The position numbers and the translations under genes were made by a program. The notes under the pieces are model-generated. The model was not told the origin of the DNA. It was given only the letters and a program-made list of their open reading frames with translations, and made no database searches. A DNA stretch of 64,000 bases from Chrysomallon squamiferum (taxonomy: Eukaryota > Animalia > Mollusca), in NCBI GenBank assembly GCA_012295275.1, contig CM022676.1:4030001-4094000 (forward strand). The letters run 5' to 3'. Below are positions 1 through 23,746 of the stretch, in pieces. How positions within the stretch are numbered: the first letter of the stretch is position 1; every line of letters begins with the position of its first letter.

Positions 1-344
1 CCATCTATCAGCCTGTCTGTCTATCTATCCCTCTATCTATCTATCTATCTTTGTGAGTTTGTCTCTGTAGACTACATATATGCATACATACATAAGAACA
101 GATTTGCACATATTCAAACACACAGACACCGAAATTGAGATATATATATATAAAAAAAAAGAATGGACTGCCATGGAAGTGAAACCCATGCGTGCTCACA
201 CACACATGCACACGTACATTAAAAAAAACACGAGCATACGCAAATTCTGTCAATCTTTATTCTTAATAAAAAAAAAAAAAAAACGCTAACGTACTCAAAT
301 GACATCTATTCTGTAAATGCACTTTTAGCTTCTTATCAAACCTG

Positions 345-384
<40 letters not shown>

Positions 385-847
385 AATAAATAAAAAAAAA
401 AAAAACCCACCGCAACAACAAAGTAATAAAATAACAAAATAAATAAACAAAATGTACCCTAGAACCGCACCACCTGTGTAACACGGGTGCACTAGGGGTA
501 CTTAATGGCCCTAGCGGGTTGCATGTACACTAGTGTTTGTTTACTGCTAAGTAAATCCTGTTATGCCAGACGCCTAACAAGATTGATGACCTTTTGTCGT
601 AACGTGACCTCGCAAGTCCAGTAAAACTGGATCACGTGATGCGTCACCAAGTACAGAGCCAGTGAGTGCTGTTATAGTACTCAAATGGACTACTTTTTTT
701 TGGTGGACTGATGTCGGTGACGTCACTGTTTGTGCTTGGGATTCTGGGATCGCGGCTCCATAACGTCTGCTATTTAATTTAATTTAATTTAATTTAATTT
801 AATTTAATTTAATTTATTTATTCATTTATTTACCTAATAATAATTGC

Positions 848-931
<84 letters not shown>

Positions 932-1139
932 GTTATTTCGTTTTTCAGAGCCGTTCGGATTTTGGAATACACAAAGATTGCCTGAGAACATGATCGATGT
1001 CTAAATATGAATTGCTCTTATATTTAATACACAGTCCATACAAATAGTAAACAGAATTTTTTACATTTCTGTGGCTTCTTTTAAAAAAAACTATTTCAAT
1101 TACATCAACAATAATAATAAAGACAGTACTTTCTATTAG

Positions 1140-1907
1140 TACTTGTAACTATTACTACTACTAGAACAAGTAACTACTACAACAAGTAACTGTTACTACT
1201 ACTAGAACAAGTAACTATTATTACTACTACAAATAACTATTACTACTACTACAACAAGTAACTATTACTACTACTAGAACAAGTAACTGTTACTACTACT
1301 AGAACAAGTAACTGTTACTACTACTAAAACAAGTCACTATTACTACTACTAGAACAAGTAACTATTATTACTACTACTAGAACAAGTAACTGTTACTACT
1401 ACTAGAACAAGTAACTGTTACTACTACTAGAACAAGTAACTGTTACTACTACTAAAACAAGTCACTATTACTACTACTAGAACAAGTAACTGTTACTACT
1501 ACTACAACAAGTAACTATTACTACTTACAACAAGTAACTATTACTATTACTAGAACAACTGTTACTAACAACAAGTCACTATTACTAGAACAAGTAACTA
1601 TTAACTATTAATTACTACTACTAGAACAAGTAACTACAACATTAACTATTACTACTACTAGAACAAGTAACTGTTACTATTACTAGAACAAGTAACTGTT
1701 ACTACTAGAACAAGTAACTGTTACTACTACTAAAACAAGTCACTATTACTACTACTAGAACAAGTAACTGTTACTACTACTACAACAAGTAACTATTACT
1801 ACTACTACAACAAGTAACTATTACTATTACTAGAACAAGTAACTGTTACTACTACTACAACAAGTCACTATTACTACTACTAGAACAAGTAACTATTACT
1901 ACTACTA
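1140..1907. repeat. ~25-bp minisatellite (CTACTACTAGAACAAGTAACT[A/G]TTA)n
   Basis: Unit visibly reiterated many times with small indels; 25 bp is not a multiple of 3 and there are many stops, so non-coding. Confidence 0.9.
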
Positions 1908-2494
1908 TCGCTGCTACTGCGGCTGCTGCTATGTCTAATGTTAATGGAAAAGCTGCTAATACTACTAATACTACAACAACTGCTACACCTTATACTACTA
2001 TTATTACAGCAACATGTTCTACCACAAACACTACTGTTGTTTTTACATCAGTTACTACAACTCCAGACTATATGTATTAATACTAGCACTACTACTACTA
2101 ATAATAATTAAAAAAAAACAATATAGGAAAAATTAAAAAAACAAAAAAACAACAACAAACAAAACGAAAAGCAAAACAAACCATAATTATAGTTCTTATG
2201 CATAAAATAACACTAACGATCGTAACAATGAGTTTTATTTATTTAATTAACATAATCAGTGTGACGTACATCTGAGCAACACCAGCAAATGAATAACATA
2301 CCAAAAATGGTCGTGTTTTTTTTTTTTTTTTTTCTTTCTTGATATAATTTATATCCTTGTATTTGACGTGTTGGCTAAATGACACATTAAACACACACAG
2401 TGTCCCACTCAAAGAAGTCAGCAAATTGTGATTAAACGTTGTTTTCAAACAATGAGTAACTCGTTTGTCACACAAAGATAAACATCACCTGCAA

Positions 2495-2615
2495 TTGTGG
2501 TCGGTCGAGTAACGTTTGGTTTTTTTTTTGTCCGTCGGAAAAGTGTTTTTCACGACAACAGGCTCGCTTCAGTTACTGACGTACTTTTCTCGCACGTTCC
2601 AAGGGAGATAACTGC
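2495..2615 (+). repeat. Dispersed repeat copy 1 (inverted partner at ~4289-4409)
   Basis: TGTGGTCGGTCGAGTAACGTTT...AAAAGTGTTTTTCACGACAACAGGCTCGCTTCAGTTACT...AAGGGAGATAACT aligns with the reverse complement of 4289-4409. Confidence 0.75.
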
Positions 2616-2736
2616 TGTTAAAGTGGATTGTGTTTTTTCAGAGTCAGTAATAAAATAATAAATTTTCAGCATTAACGTGACAAGCAGACAATAATGAAAT
2701 TAAGTTAATCTTCTTCTTCTTCTTATTATGATTATG

Positions 2737-2792
<56 letters not shown>

Positions 2793-2931
2793 CGTTGTTG
2801 TTGTGGTCGTCTTTGTTATTGTTGTTGCAGTTGTTGTTATTATCATTATATTTTTATAATTTTTATTATTATTATCGTTGTCATTGTTGTTGTTGTCGTC
2901 TTCGTTGTTACTGTTATTTGCAGTTGTTGTT

Positions 2932-2962
<31 letters not shown>

Positions 2963-3048
2963 TTATTATTATTATCGTTGTCGTTGTTGATGTCGTCGTC
3001 GTCGTTACGTTGTTGTAGTTGTCGTTATCATCATCATCATCATCATCA

Positions 3049-3080
<32 letters not shown>

Positions 3081-3294
3081 GTAATGTATATTTCTGTCTG
3101 CGTGTCTTATAAACACAAGTTAATATACATATGTGTAACACATACATATACACACAAAAAACACAAATAAAAAGATATATGTATGTGTGTGTGTTGTATG
3201 TATATATATGTATGTATGTATGAATGCTTGTAGTACATATGTTCCTAAGAATGTATGTATGTATTTATAAATCTGATTATTTGTCTTTCTCCAG

Positions 3295-3907
3295 CCTATA
3301 CCAACTCATTAACAGGTATAATAATAATAATACGTACGTAGGTAATTACTCACGTTTTACCCCTATATTTTTTTTCCTTTAATTATTTGAAATGAATATA
3401 ATGAAGTCCATTGACAGACTGCACCATGGATCACGCTTTTATCGGAAAGGGTGGGGGGATGGGGATGCGGGTGGGGGAAAATCTTTCTTATTCACCTTTC
3501 CTTAGACAAGAACTCCAACAGTGACAAAAATAATTCTGCAGAATGACGTCATGAACAAATGGAACTGATACCGATGTTTGAACCTCATTAAAATGATTTT
3601 ATTTTAATTTATTTTAATTTATTTTATTTATTTTATTTATTTTTTATTTATTATTATTTCTTTATTTTATTTTATTTTATTTTTATTTTATTTTTTTTGT
3701 TGGTACTAACCCGTACAAGGCCTCGCGTTAGCTGGTAACATGTCCCGGATGTCACAAAACAGATACTATTTGTACGCTTGGTACAATGACTCATGCTGTG
3801 ATTTGTATCTCCAGACCACAACGTTTCCCGTCACCTCGTCTCAGTTTACCGTGCGCAGGAACCTGAGCCAGGCAGAGAAAGCTCGTTGTCATCGTGTATT
3901 AAGATAA
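3295..3907 (+). CDS. Possible last two exons of an unidentified gene (3295-3315, 3720-3907)
   Basis: A 21-nt microexon (ttgtctttctccag|...|gtataa) and a terminal exon preceded by a TACTAAC branch point (3704-3710) and AG. Phases are compatible: xYTNSLTG-LALAGNMSRMSQNRYYLYAWYNDSCCDLYLQTTTFPVTSSQFTVRRNLSQAEKARCHRVLR*. No family recognised. Confidence 0.3.
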
Positions 3908-4006
3908 AAAACCATTTAATTTTAATATTATTTAGCGTTAAGAATGCAGTGACAATGTTTTTGTGTTGTGAAAGGTAAGGGTTGTAAGGAAATGTGTGTT
4001 GGTAGG

Positions 4007-4059
<53 letters not shown>

Positions 4060-4288
4060 CTGCCTATATGCGTGTTATCTATAATAATAATAATAATAAT
4101 AATAACGCGAAGAAAACAATAACAGAACCAATCATTTTGAACACACAATTAAAACAACACTGTCGATCTTTTCATCATCATCATCATCATCATCATCATA
4201 GTGATTATTACTGATTTATCTACAGACAATTTCTTCATATTTCTTCAGTAGTGATCAGGAACCTTCTAGAACACGTAACCGTACATTA

Positions 4289-4409
4289 CAGTAGTTATCT
4301 CCCTTTGAATGTCTAAGCGCCATTACACGAGTAACAGAAGCGAACCTGTTATCGTGAAAAACACTTTTTCGACTGACAAAATCTAAACGTTACACGACCG
4401 ATCACAACT
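4289..4409 (-). repeat. Dispersed repeat copy 2 (inverted)
   Basis: Reverse complement reads TGTGATCGGTCGTGTAACGTTT...AAAAGTGTTTTTCACGATAACAGGTTCGCTTCTGTTACT...AAGGGAGATAACT. Confidence 0.75.
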
Positions 4410-4843
4410 CCATCAAGCAATGTAATATGCATTTAAATAATAATAATAATATGTAATAGAGATAAGCTATATTAGTGTTTACAGTTTTGATTGCTTTTCT
4501 TCCATGACTTTTTTCTTGAGTAATCTGTTACTGCTGGCGTTTTTGTTATTGTAGAAGTTATCATCAGTATTCATTTGCGTATTCGTTTGTTTGTTTTTAT
4601 TTTTTATTTTATTTTTTTTGCTTATTATTTAATTTTCGTTTTACAAACGATAACATAAACAAATAAATAGATAAATAAATAAACAAACAAACAAACAAAC
4701 AAACAAAGAAGTAATTCTAAGCTTTCTATAATTTCTTTTTTTCTCTAGTTTGTTAAATTATTTTTTATAATAATTATATATATATATATATTTTTATTTT
4801 TTTTTTTTCAGGAATGAAACAAAGGGTTTGCTGTGGTCCGAAT

Positions 4844-7446
<2,603 letters not shown>

Positions 7447-7690
7447 GATTTTGCAGACGAATTTTTGTCAAATCGGTTTTATTTTTTATTATTATTATTA
7501 TTTTTTTTTTTTGGTAATGAGACTGGTTCCTTGTAGATGAAAGGTGAACCTACATAAATAAATAAGAAAGTCATTAATAAGTAACTAAGTAAATAAATAT
7601 GCATGAACCGAGCTAGTTGTACCAATTACGTTCTCATTTAGGTGTAATTCAGTCTTCTTTATTACTCGTTAGGTTGGATTTCTTCTTCTT

Positions 7691-7721
<31 letters not shown>

Positions 7722-7823
7722 TTATTATTATTAGTCGTAGTATTAGTAGTATTAGTATTAGTAGTAGTAGTAGTAGTAACAGTAGTAGTAGAAGTAGTAT
7801 AGTAATAGTATTTATTTTATTTA

Positions 7824-7880
<57 letters not shown>

Positions 7881-8722
7881 GGTTTTATTTTGTTGGTTTT
7901 TTTTTTTCTTGTATCTGAAGGTGTTATCCTTTAAAGTAGCAAAACATGACATTTTTCGCATTGTTAAACCAATCTGAAATCCACAGATAATTGATATAAT
8001 CAAATATTTCTACCCACTATATTGCGTTGTCAACCACCGACCCCACCCCCCCAAAAAAACAACAACAACAACAACAAAATACCCACCTGCACTAAAATAT
8101 ATTAAAAAGAAACAAACTGCAGACGTCGTAGTTTGCTGAAACCTCACCGTTGTCGTATTCTTGCTAAACCTCTGTGTTATGTTACGTTAATTCTAGCGGT
8201 GGAAGATGGTCGCAGTCCAGTGAATTAAACATAAATATTAATAATAATAAATTTAAAAAACATAAATCGAAATAAAGTTATTAAAAAAAAAAAAAGAGGA
8301 ATACTAAAAATAAAACGTGAAATGCATATGTCACATTTGCATATAAATGTATTTCTAATATAGCAGACATTTAATAGTTTACATATGGCAAAGTTAAAAA
8401 AACGCTCAGAAGGTACTGTTACTGTTATTATCATTATTATTAGTAGTAGTAGTATGAGAATGTTGATGTTGACAATGAACACAACAGTTTTAATAAATAA
8501 GTAAGTAAATAAGTAAATAAATAAGTTTAACTTTAAACAAAACATCGTCAACTGGAATATCGTCAAGCAAGATGTCTGCTACCGATCACAAAAAGTCATA
8601 GTGGGATGAGTAGAAAAAATAACTGACAAAAATATTATTACATTTGTTTTGGATGTTTTAAGTACATACTTATGCATACACATCTGTATTTATGTATGTA
8701 CACTATGAATCTACAGTATATT

Positions 8723-8787
<65 letters not shown>

Positions 8788-9500
8788 GTATATCTATTTG
8801 TATTAAATGAAATGTAACATCTATTTTTTTCTCCATTTGATATAATGATAAATATTACAAAAATGTTCTCATTGCGTAATAATTTTAACTTTTTTGAACT
8901 GCTTTATTCAGTTCCATACATAATGTTGTTTTATGTGTTTTTCTCTTTTTCTGTTTTATGTGTGGCATGTGTGTTTGTGTGTGTGTCAATGTATGTAAGT
9001 ATGTACGTATATGCACCTATGTACCGATCAGTGTATGTATGTATGTATGTGTGTATGTATGTATGTACTACTAGCAGTAGTAATAAGTATAATTTAGATT
9101 AAATTGTGCAGGCGTTTTTCTTAACTATTAGTTTGAGTAGTAGTATTAGCAGTACAAGTATCTAGTATTACTATTAATAATAGTAGCAGTGGTTGTTGCT
9201 ATAGTTGCTGTTTTATATATCAGTAAATGATATCGTAAGTTTTGTTATGAATGATATATCAACGTTGCAGTATCTAACAGTATATTCAAGCATCACACAT
9301 ATTTTTTCAGTTTAATCTAATTATATATATATATATATATATACTGTGAATAGCAATATCTATAAAAGTCATTAAAATTATAATAATAATAATAATAATA
9401 AAAAGTATAACGAAACAAACATATGTCAGTTATTGTTTTAATATTTGTCATTGCCATGAATGAAAAACAAAGTTATAATATACATACAAACTAGGTACAT

Positions 9501-9532
<32 letters not shown>

Positions 9533-9703
9533 TAATATATATTATAGCTAGATTGATGGATACATAAACAGACATGTGCATGTTTGTGTACGTGTGTATG
9601 TGTGCGTGTGTGCGTGCGGATACCACTGTACGTATAAACTATAACTTTGGTGATTCGAAGATATAACTTCAATATAATTCATAAACTTTCAAGCTATGTA
9701 TCA

Positions 9704-9734
<31 letters not shown>

Positions 9735-10007
9735 TATAATAATTATTATTATTCATCTTACTTTCTTATAGCTAACAAAGCTAACTACACAATGACGTCA
9801 CAACAATGGCGGCTTTAAAAGTTTAGTGACGATGTAATAATACTGTCATACTTTGGTACAAGCGATATATTATAGAACTGAGATAATAATATTTTCCATA
9901 TGTAATGCATTTAATATTGATTCATTTTTGTAGCAGACGGCACCATTTCCAGAATTTCAAAACAAGTTAACTGATTTGCGAGAATTACTGACTGCTACTG
10001 CGCCATC

Positions 10008-12264
<2,257 letters not shown>

Positions 12265-12317
12265 ATAAATAAATAAATAGGTTAAGATTTCTTATATACT
12301 TATTTGTTAATTTTTGT

Positions 12318-12360
<43 letters not shown>

Positions 12361-12689
12361 AGACATCGGTTAAATAAAATTTGCTGAAAATATTTCTCAC
12401 CTCTATGCATACCGGTATGAATAAATTGCTTAGTTTAAGAAAGAAAGAAACAAACAAACAAACAACGTTATAAACAAAGAAACAAAGACAAATAAGAAGG
12501 TTATTATTATTTCGTTGTATTGGGAGACGTATCATTTCTAACTCTCTCATGAAAGGAATATACCAGGAAAAAAAAATGAATAAAAGCATAAATTCGTTAA
12601 AGTAAACTAAAAACAAATCAATAAATAAATTAATAAAATAAAATAAACAGTTTAATAAATACAGCGAGTCATTCAGTTAAATAAACAAA

Positions 12690-12729
<40 letters not shown>

Positions 12730-13095
12730 AAAGAAATTAAATCAAATTAAATAAGTAAAAAAAAAAAAAAAAATAATAATGGTAGTAGTCGTAATAACAA
12801 CAACAAGAATAATAATAAGAAGCACAACAACAAAATAAGAGACTGGAGAACATATACTTAAACAATTTATTCCTATTTTGACGAATACTATTTCAATTTG
12901 TCACTATATACATTACAGCAAGAAGTATCACTGAAACAAGGAATTTATTTAAAAAAATAATTAGATAATATTATATCGATGTTGCTGAAACGATAACAAG
13001 CATTTGTGAATATACACTGAGTCCCCAGTAGTAATTATAGACATATACCGGACAAAAAGCCTTTCTCTCCCTCTTTGGAACGCCCCTTCTCTCTC

Positions 13096-16456
<3,361 letters not shown>

Positions 16457-16500
16457 TTTCTGAAATAAATAATAAAATATGCGTCTCATATATGTAAACG

Positions 16501-16611
<111 letters not shown>

Positions 16612-17407
16612 TTTTTATTATTACTATTATTTTGTTGATCTAGCTGTTGTTGTCCTCGTTATTGTTGCATTATTTCGTAAAATTGTAAAAGCAGATCAGT
16701 TTTCATTATCTGACCATAGTTTTATAAAATATTTTAAACATAGATAATACAATTACATTTTGTTACTTGCATTTTGTTACATTTTGTTCAGAAATTTTAA
16801 AACAAAAAGAAAAAACGTAAATATAAGACAGTAGATATAATAAAGTTATAAAGAGAACTGACTTACATTTCAAAGAAAATTAAAAGAGAAGATGTCTGAC
16901 TCTTCGTTTTGTGCTTGTCCTGTTTCGACTGACTTTCTTCTGTTTTAAATTTAACGGACAGAAATCTAACTACAAAAAAAACGTTCATATAAATTCAAAG
17001 CACGAAGTTCTTTAGCTATGTTTGTTGTATGTCACAGTGTAAATACAGAAGTATACATTATGATTGTATCATATTTCATTTCACTTCTTAAAGTCAAACG
17101 CAGCAATTTCAAGGTTCATCTTAAGTTATTAAGTATTGTGATATTTCTATTGTTCTTTAAGGTCGAATTTCAGCGGGTTGAAACTAGAGCTTAGTTAATG
17201 TATTGTTATAATTAACATGGTTGTTGTTTTTAGGTGAGAATAAAAAAAAAACATATTATTAAATAAAAACGACCCCAATCAAAATCACCCACACGAATCA
17301 GCTTAATAATTTTCATTCGTCATCTTACAAGAAAACAGAAACAAACGTGATTTTAGTCAGAAATCTGTAATTAATTAATTAAGTAAATAAATAGATAAAT
17401 AAATTAG

Positions 17408-17446
<39 letters not shown>

Positions 17447-17717
17447 ATCAGTAAATAAATAAATGAATAAACAAACAAATAAACAAATATAACATGGGCT
17501 GCACCCAGAACCTGATAAGATTTTTTAAAACCCAAATAACTTGTAACTTTATCACTCTTCTCCTCTCACTCTATTTATGTTAGTACTGCGGAGTATTTTC
17601 CATTTAGATTCCAGCTATATGCAGTGCTCCGTTACAAAGAATTTTGAACTAAAGGGAGCACAAAAACAAATGGTTTGATTGAGAACTAGCTCAAAGAAAT
17701 TAGCAACGGCATGCTCT

Positions 17718-18245
<528 letters not shown>

Positions 18246-18656
18246 ACGATTGCACACTAATCTAATCCGTACCTACACTTCACAAACAATACTCTAAACA
18301 ACCTTCGCAATTTTCGGTCATGCGCAAAACCTCGTGAACATTTCTCTTTTTCTAATATTTAAACATTTTTGCAATACTAAAGAGGAAAACACAAAACAAC
18401 AATTTCTATTTACAAAAAAAATGAATGTATTTTAATCTGCGCCTTTCCATAAATTCAGATATATATATATACCAGTTATAACAAAATCCACTAAATATAT
18501 TATGTCCACAGCAAAGTACACTCGCACATACGCACAAACTCGTACTTATATATTCAGAGCTGTTGTTGAGTGTCACACTAAAAAGTCACGAATGTTAAAT
18601 GTTTTTTTTTTTTTTTTCTTCATAATTTCTTTTCGTTTTTATTTTCTTTATCTCTC

Positions 18657-19896
18657 TCAGTGTGGAATGTGTCCTGTGCGAATAAATTTCTTCATTCTCA
18701 GTGTTTCTGTTCCTGTAAATTTAAATTCTTCTTTCAGGATCTGTTCATTCAAATCAGCGAGCAGGCAGCCATCAACGAATTCTTTTTTAAACGTGTCAAT
18801 GTGTCTCTCCAACCTCAAAGTTTTCATCACTTCGCCAACCTCAGATATTGTTAAATCCGTCAATTTTTTCTCTTCCACTTTTTCTTCCGTCTTTTTCTTA
18901 AAGACAGCTTTCCCTCTGACGTAATTATCTTCACTGTTGCTTGTGACGTAATCTTCTTTGCTAGTGATTTTCACGTCACTCTCCCGGACTACTTTCACTG
19001 ACGTCAGATTCATTCCTATCTTTAGTTGAGACATAATCATTGTCATCTCCAGTGACGTAATCAGCACTGTTACCTGCTGCGACGTAATTATCTTTTCTGC
19101 CTTCAGTGTAATCCTCGTTACCTCTTCTGACGTAACTACTCTTCCTGACGCAGTCATAGTCACTACGACTATTATCGTAATTCGACGACGTTGCTTCACG
19201 TGAAAGGGGAGAATGACGAGGTGGTATGGGAGGGGGAGTATCGCCAGTAGAGTCTTTATCGGGTGGCTTTACAGGTGGTTTCAGGGCTTTTTTCCAGTAA
19301 TAGATTTTGGATATACAGGAGTCGGGACGGTTTCCCGTTTGGCAGACTGAGTTATCTCCCTTGATTTAATTTCTCCGTGGAAACGCGAAGCTTCGGATGG
19401 CTCTGTAGGTGGTTTCAGGGGCTTTTTTCTAGTAACAGGTTTTGGAAATACACGAGTCTGGACGGTTTCTCGTTTGTCGGATTGAGTTATCTCCCTTGAT
19501 TTATTTTCTTCCGTGGAAACGCGAAGCTTCGGACAGGGTCAAATACTCATCTTGACCTTTCGCAAATCTGAAAAATCGGTCAGGTTCTAGTGTCTCGTAA
19601 ATATTGTCTCCTTGAGTCGTGTCCACATCCACTTGTTTGTACAGAGCAATATCTGGAGGAAAAAATAAATAATAATGCAGAATATAACCATACATATATT
19701 ACATACATATATAACCAACGTACAGTAATATATATTACTTCTACGGCTGTTTTTACTATTGATACTGCTACTATTACTACTGTTAAAACTACTACTTGTG
19801 CTCCTACTATTACCTCAAGCAACTATTACTGCTACTAGTAGTAGTAGTACCAATAATAATAGTAATAATAATAACAACAACAACAACAACAACAAC

Positions 19897-19955
<59 letters not shown>

Positions 19956-20629
19956 TTTAAATAAATACCCTGAAATTAAATAAGAACTGTAGAAATAAGT
20001 AAATAATGAGACAAAAAATGAACTTAAACAATCCAAAATAATAATAATAATAATAAAACAAAAAAAAAAAAATAAAAAAAAAAAATAAAAATAAAAAAAA
20101 AAAAATAAATAAACATATTAACAAAAACTATTAATATATTTTCTCACTCAGTTACTTACTTTCGTTTCCTGTTTTTCCATCGAAAATTATTTCCTTGGCG
20201 GCCATTTCGATTTCGCTAACAAACTGCTGAAAACGATCTTGCGTCATATCCTGTATTCCTGTTACTATAGACACCAGAACGTTCTGAAGATACAGTGGAA
20301 TCAGAATCGACTGAGGTTCCAGAATTCCTGAAAAAAAACAAGCGATTTTAATTAGATATTAGATTTTTGTTTGCATATCAAACAATATTTAGACATGTGG
20401 CTGTAACTAGATATCATATTTTAATTCTGATATTAGATGGTCACAATGTATCATACGTCAAGAATATGTAACATTTTAATGAGATGTAAGACACCAGTTT
20501 TTAATTAGATATTAGCTTTAAATTAACAATCAGTCTGTCTCTCTCTCTCTCTCTCTCTCTCCCTGTCAGTCTGTCTGTCTATCAGTCTGTCTGTCTGTCT
20601 ATCTATATATATATAGACAGACAGACAGA

Positions 20630-20718
<89 letters not shown>

Positions 20719-21643
20719 TAAGGTTATCAAAGTACATCTGTCGTATACCTTGACAAATGCAGTTTGCTATGCAGTACAATTCATCGTACATCCCAGAAAC
20801 TGTTATTTTTCCAAATGATTTGACTCTGGTTTCAGTGTTACCCACATCAAATCTGCATTCATCTGACACAGCGAACTCAACCTGTACTGGCAGCGAGTGA
20901 CTGGACAAAATGTCCACTAATAACTGACCCTGTCCACCTGTCAAATTAATAAAGATGATAATTGAAACAGCACCCAAAGAAGCAACAATAACAACAATAA
21001 TCATCATAATCATCATCATGATCATCCTAACACAATTGCTATCTGTTTCTCTCTCCTTATATGACGATGATTATTGTTTATGATGATGATGATGATAATA
21101 ATAATAATAATTATTATTATTATTATTACGTTTAAATATAAATTCTTATTTTTCATTACAATCTTTTACATTATATTATTTTATATTATATCATATCATA
21201 TTATTGTATAGTAGAGAATAGTATAGCATAGTGTAATATATTATAACATAAAACAGCATAGTACAGTGTAGAATAGTATAATATAGAATACTATAGTACA
21301 ATACTGTAAGTATAGTATAGTATAGTATAGGGTAGTATAGGGAACATAGTAAAGCATAGTGTGGTATAATATAGTACACTGTAGCGGTATACTGACGTTT
21401 ATTTCTGGCGGTACAAACACGGAAGGGTAAAGGGTAGTTTAAGGGTATCGAGATGTTACGTCCAGAGCTATCTCTAGCTATCAGTCTTCTTTGTTTACAA
21501 ACACTGTGTATTCGCATCACCTGTGTATAACAGATAAACAAACAAACAAATAAATAAACAAACAAACAAACAAATAAATAAATAAATGTTTCCATGTAGA
21601 CAGATATGCAGAGTGAGAGGGGGACAAGAAATGGATAGATAAT

Positions 21644-21675
<32 letters not shown>

Positions 21676-22491
21676 TATATAAATAGATAGCTAGACAGAT
21701 AGACACACACAAATTATAAACAAGAAGAGGCACAATGACAGAGACATAGAGAGAAATACGTGCAGACAGAAAACCAAACCAGACAGATATAAATTTAAAA
21801 AATCACGTGCTTAACTTTGTAATTAAATACTGCACAAGTTATTTTTACTTGAGATTAACTAAAGAAATATGGGTCACTGCTCAGTCATTTAAATCTTTTG
21901 AAGCGTGAAACGTTTAACTGTACTGAAGTGAACACGACACGGCAGATTTTTGTAGGGAAAGAACTGTGCAGAGGTATTTGGCCTAAGCAGAGCTTTGTTC
22001 TAGACTGTATATAGACGGGTGGGTGGATCGATGGACGGGTAGATAGACAGTGAGATTTGTGCATTTATTAGCAATACATAAATACATAAATAATTTATTA
22101 GTATATAAGAAAGTAAACACATATTAAATAAATAAATAAAAAAATAAATATATAAATAAAAAATAATATAAAATAGAATAGAATAAAAATAACATATAAT
22201 ATAATATGACATAATATACTATAATACAGTTCAATGCAATACAATATAATATAATATAAAATAACATTAATAATGTTATATTATATAATATTATATATAT
22301 AATAATACAATGAAATGACATAATATAATATAATACAATAAAAAAATGTAAAATATATATATAATATAATATTTGTTACGTCTGATATAATGCAATTAGA
22401 TATAAAGTAATATATAAAATATATATATTTATTCAAATCTGTGTGTGTTTTTTTTAGTTATTTTACACATACTGTGTGTTTTGTGTGTCAG

Positions 22492-22531
<40 letters not shown>

Positions 22532-23135
22532 CTGTGTGTGTCTGAGTGTATTTTGTGTGTGTCTGTGTGTTTTTCTTGATACTGTGTTCATGTGTGTTCT
22601 TCCATCCCTTATAACTGTGTTGCCACACCCTCTCTGTGTGTGTGTGTCTGTGTGTGTTAACTGTGTGTCTCCCTGTGTCTAATTGTGTGTGTCTGTGTGT
22701 GTTTAGTGTGTGTCTGTCCACACCCTATCGTTTCCAGTTCTGTGTCTGTGTGTCGTATCCTTGTATGTGTGTGTGTTGTGTGTGTATGACGATTTTTGGT
22801 AAATGGTCCTTGTACGTTTTGTCATATAAAATTTCTTGACACTATCTTCAATGTAATATTTTTTCCCCGTGTTGGAAAATGACGTTCTGCAGCTGAAGAT
22901 AAATGAAAACCCATTAATTTGAGTTCTGTACCCCGTCGTATCCTTGAGATGATAATGATGATTGATGATAAATGATGACGATGACGTTGATGATGGTGAT
23001 AATGAGGATGTTGATGAAAATGACGTTCTTAATGACAATGATGAAGATGATTTAAAATTGTTTAATTTGATTTTGTAGGATATGAAACGATGATAATGAT
23101 GATGATAATGAATGATGACGATGATGAGAGAGAGA

Positions 23136-23171
<36 letters not shown>

Positions 23172-23296
23172 AGATGAGAGATTACTGACAATGAGAGATG
23201 ATTGAGACAAAGAGACACACAATGATGAGAGAGAGACAGAGAGAGATGAATGATGATAGATGATCTTGAGAGAGAGAGAGAAACAGAGAGAGACAC

Positions 23297-23388
<92 letters not shown>

Positions 23389-23667
23389 ACGTTCATACAT
23401 AGATACATACATAAATACACATTCAAAATATATATACACTGATGGACAGAAAGTCTGAAACCAATATATATTAAAAAAAAAACTTTAAAAAAAAATTAGA
23501 AAAGAAGATAATGAAAGACGTAGGAAGAGAATATTACATTTAGATAAATATGCTCAGTTACACATGCTAGAATCTCACAAACTCTAGGTATTTAAAGTTA
23601 TCTGTATTACCTTAGGTTGATGAATCCTGCGCCATTTTCCATCATATAACTCATACTCTACTTCCAT
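18657..23667 (-). pseudogene. CABIT-PRR-SAM adaptor copy B, disrupted as assembled (pseudogene or poor consensus)
   Basis: Exons 23667-23611 (MEVEYELYDGKWRRIHQPK), a degraded exon at ~22720-22892, 21520-21397, 20937-20749, 20327-20160, 19652-18657. The last exon has a +1 A at ~19509 giving TAA, a -1 C at ~19285, a further frameshift at ~18985, and a ~135-bp internal duplication. Confidence 0.75.
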
Positions 23668-23705
23668 TCTCTGAAATAAAAACTAAATAATGAAACATGA
23701 TTTTC

Positions 23706-23746
<41 letters not shown>

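Noticed and set aside
480-1010. Relatively GC-rich patch and acceptor-like site at ~949
   Set aside because: Short frames only; no consistent exon chain or recognisable protein.
1140-1907. CRISPR-like or mucin-coding array
   Set aside because: No unique spacers, eukaryotic context, and a 25-bp unit with stops; an ordinary minisatellite.
21780-21995. Unique non-repetitive insert in an intron of copy B
   Set aside because: No ORF, terminal repeats or recognisable motif; cannot be assigned from sequence alone.
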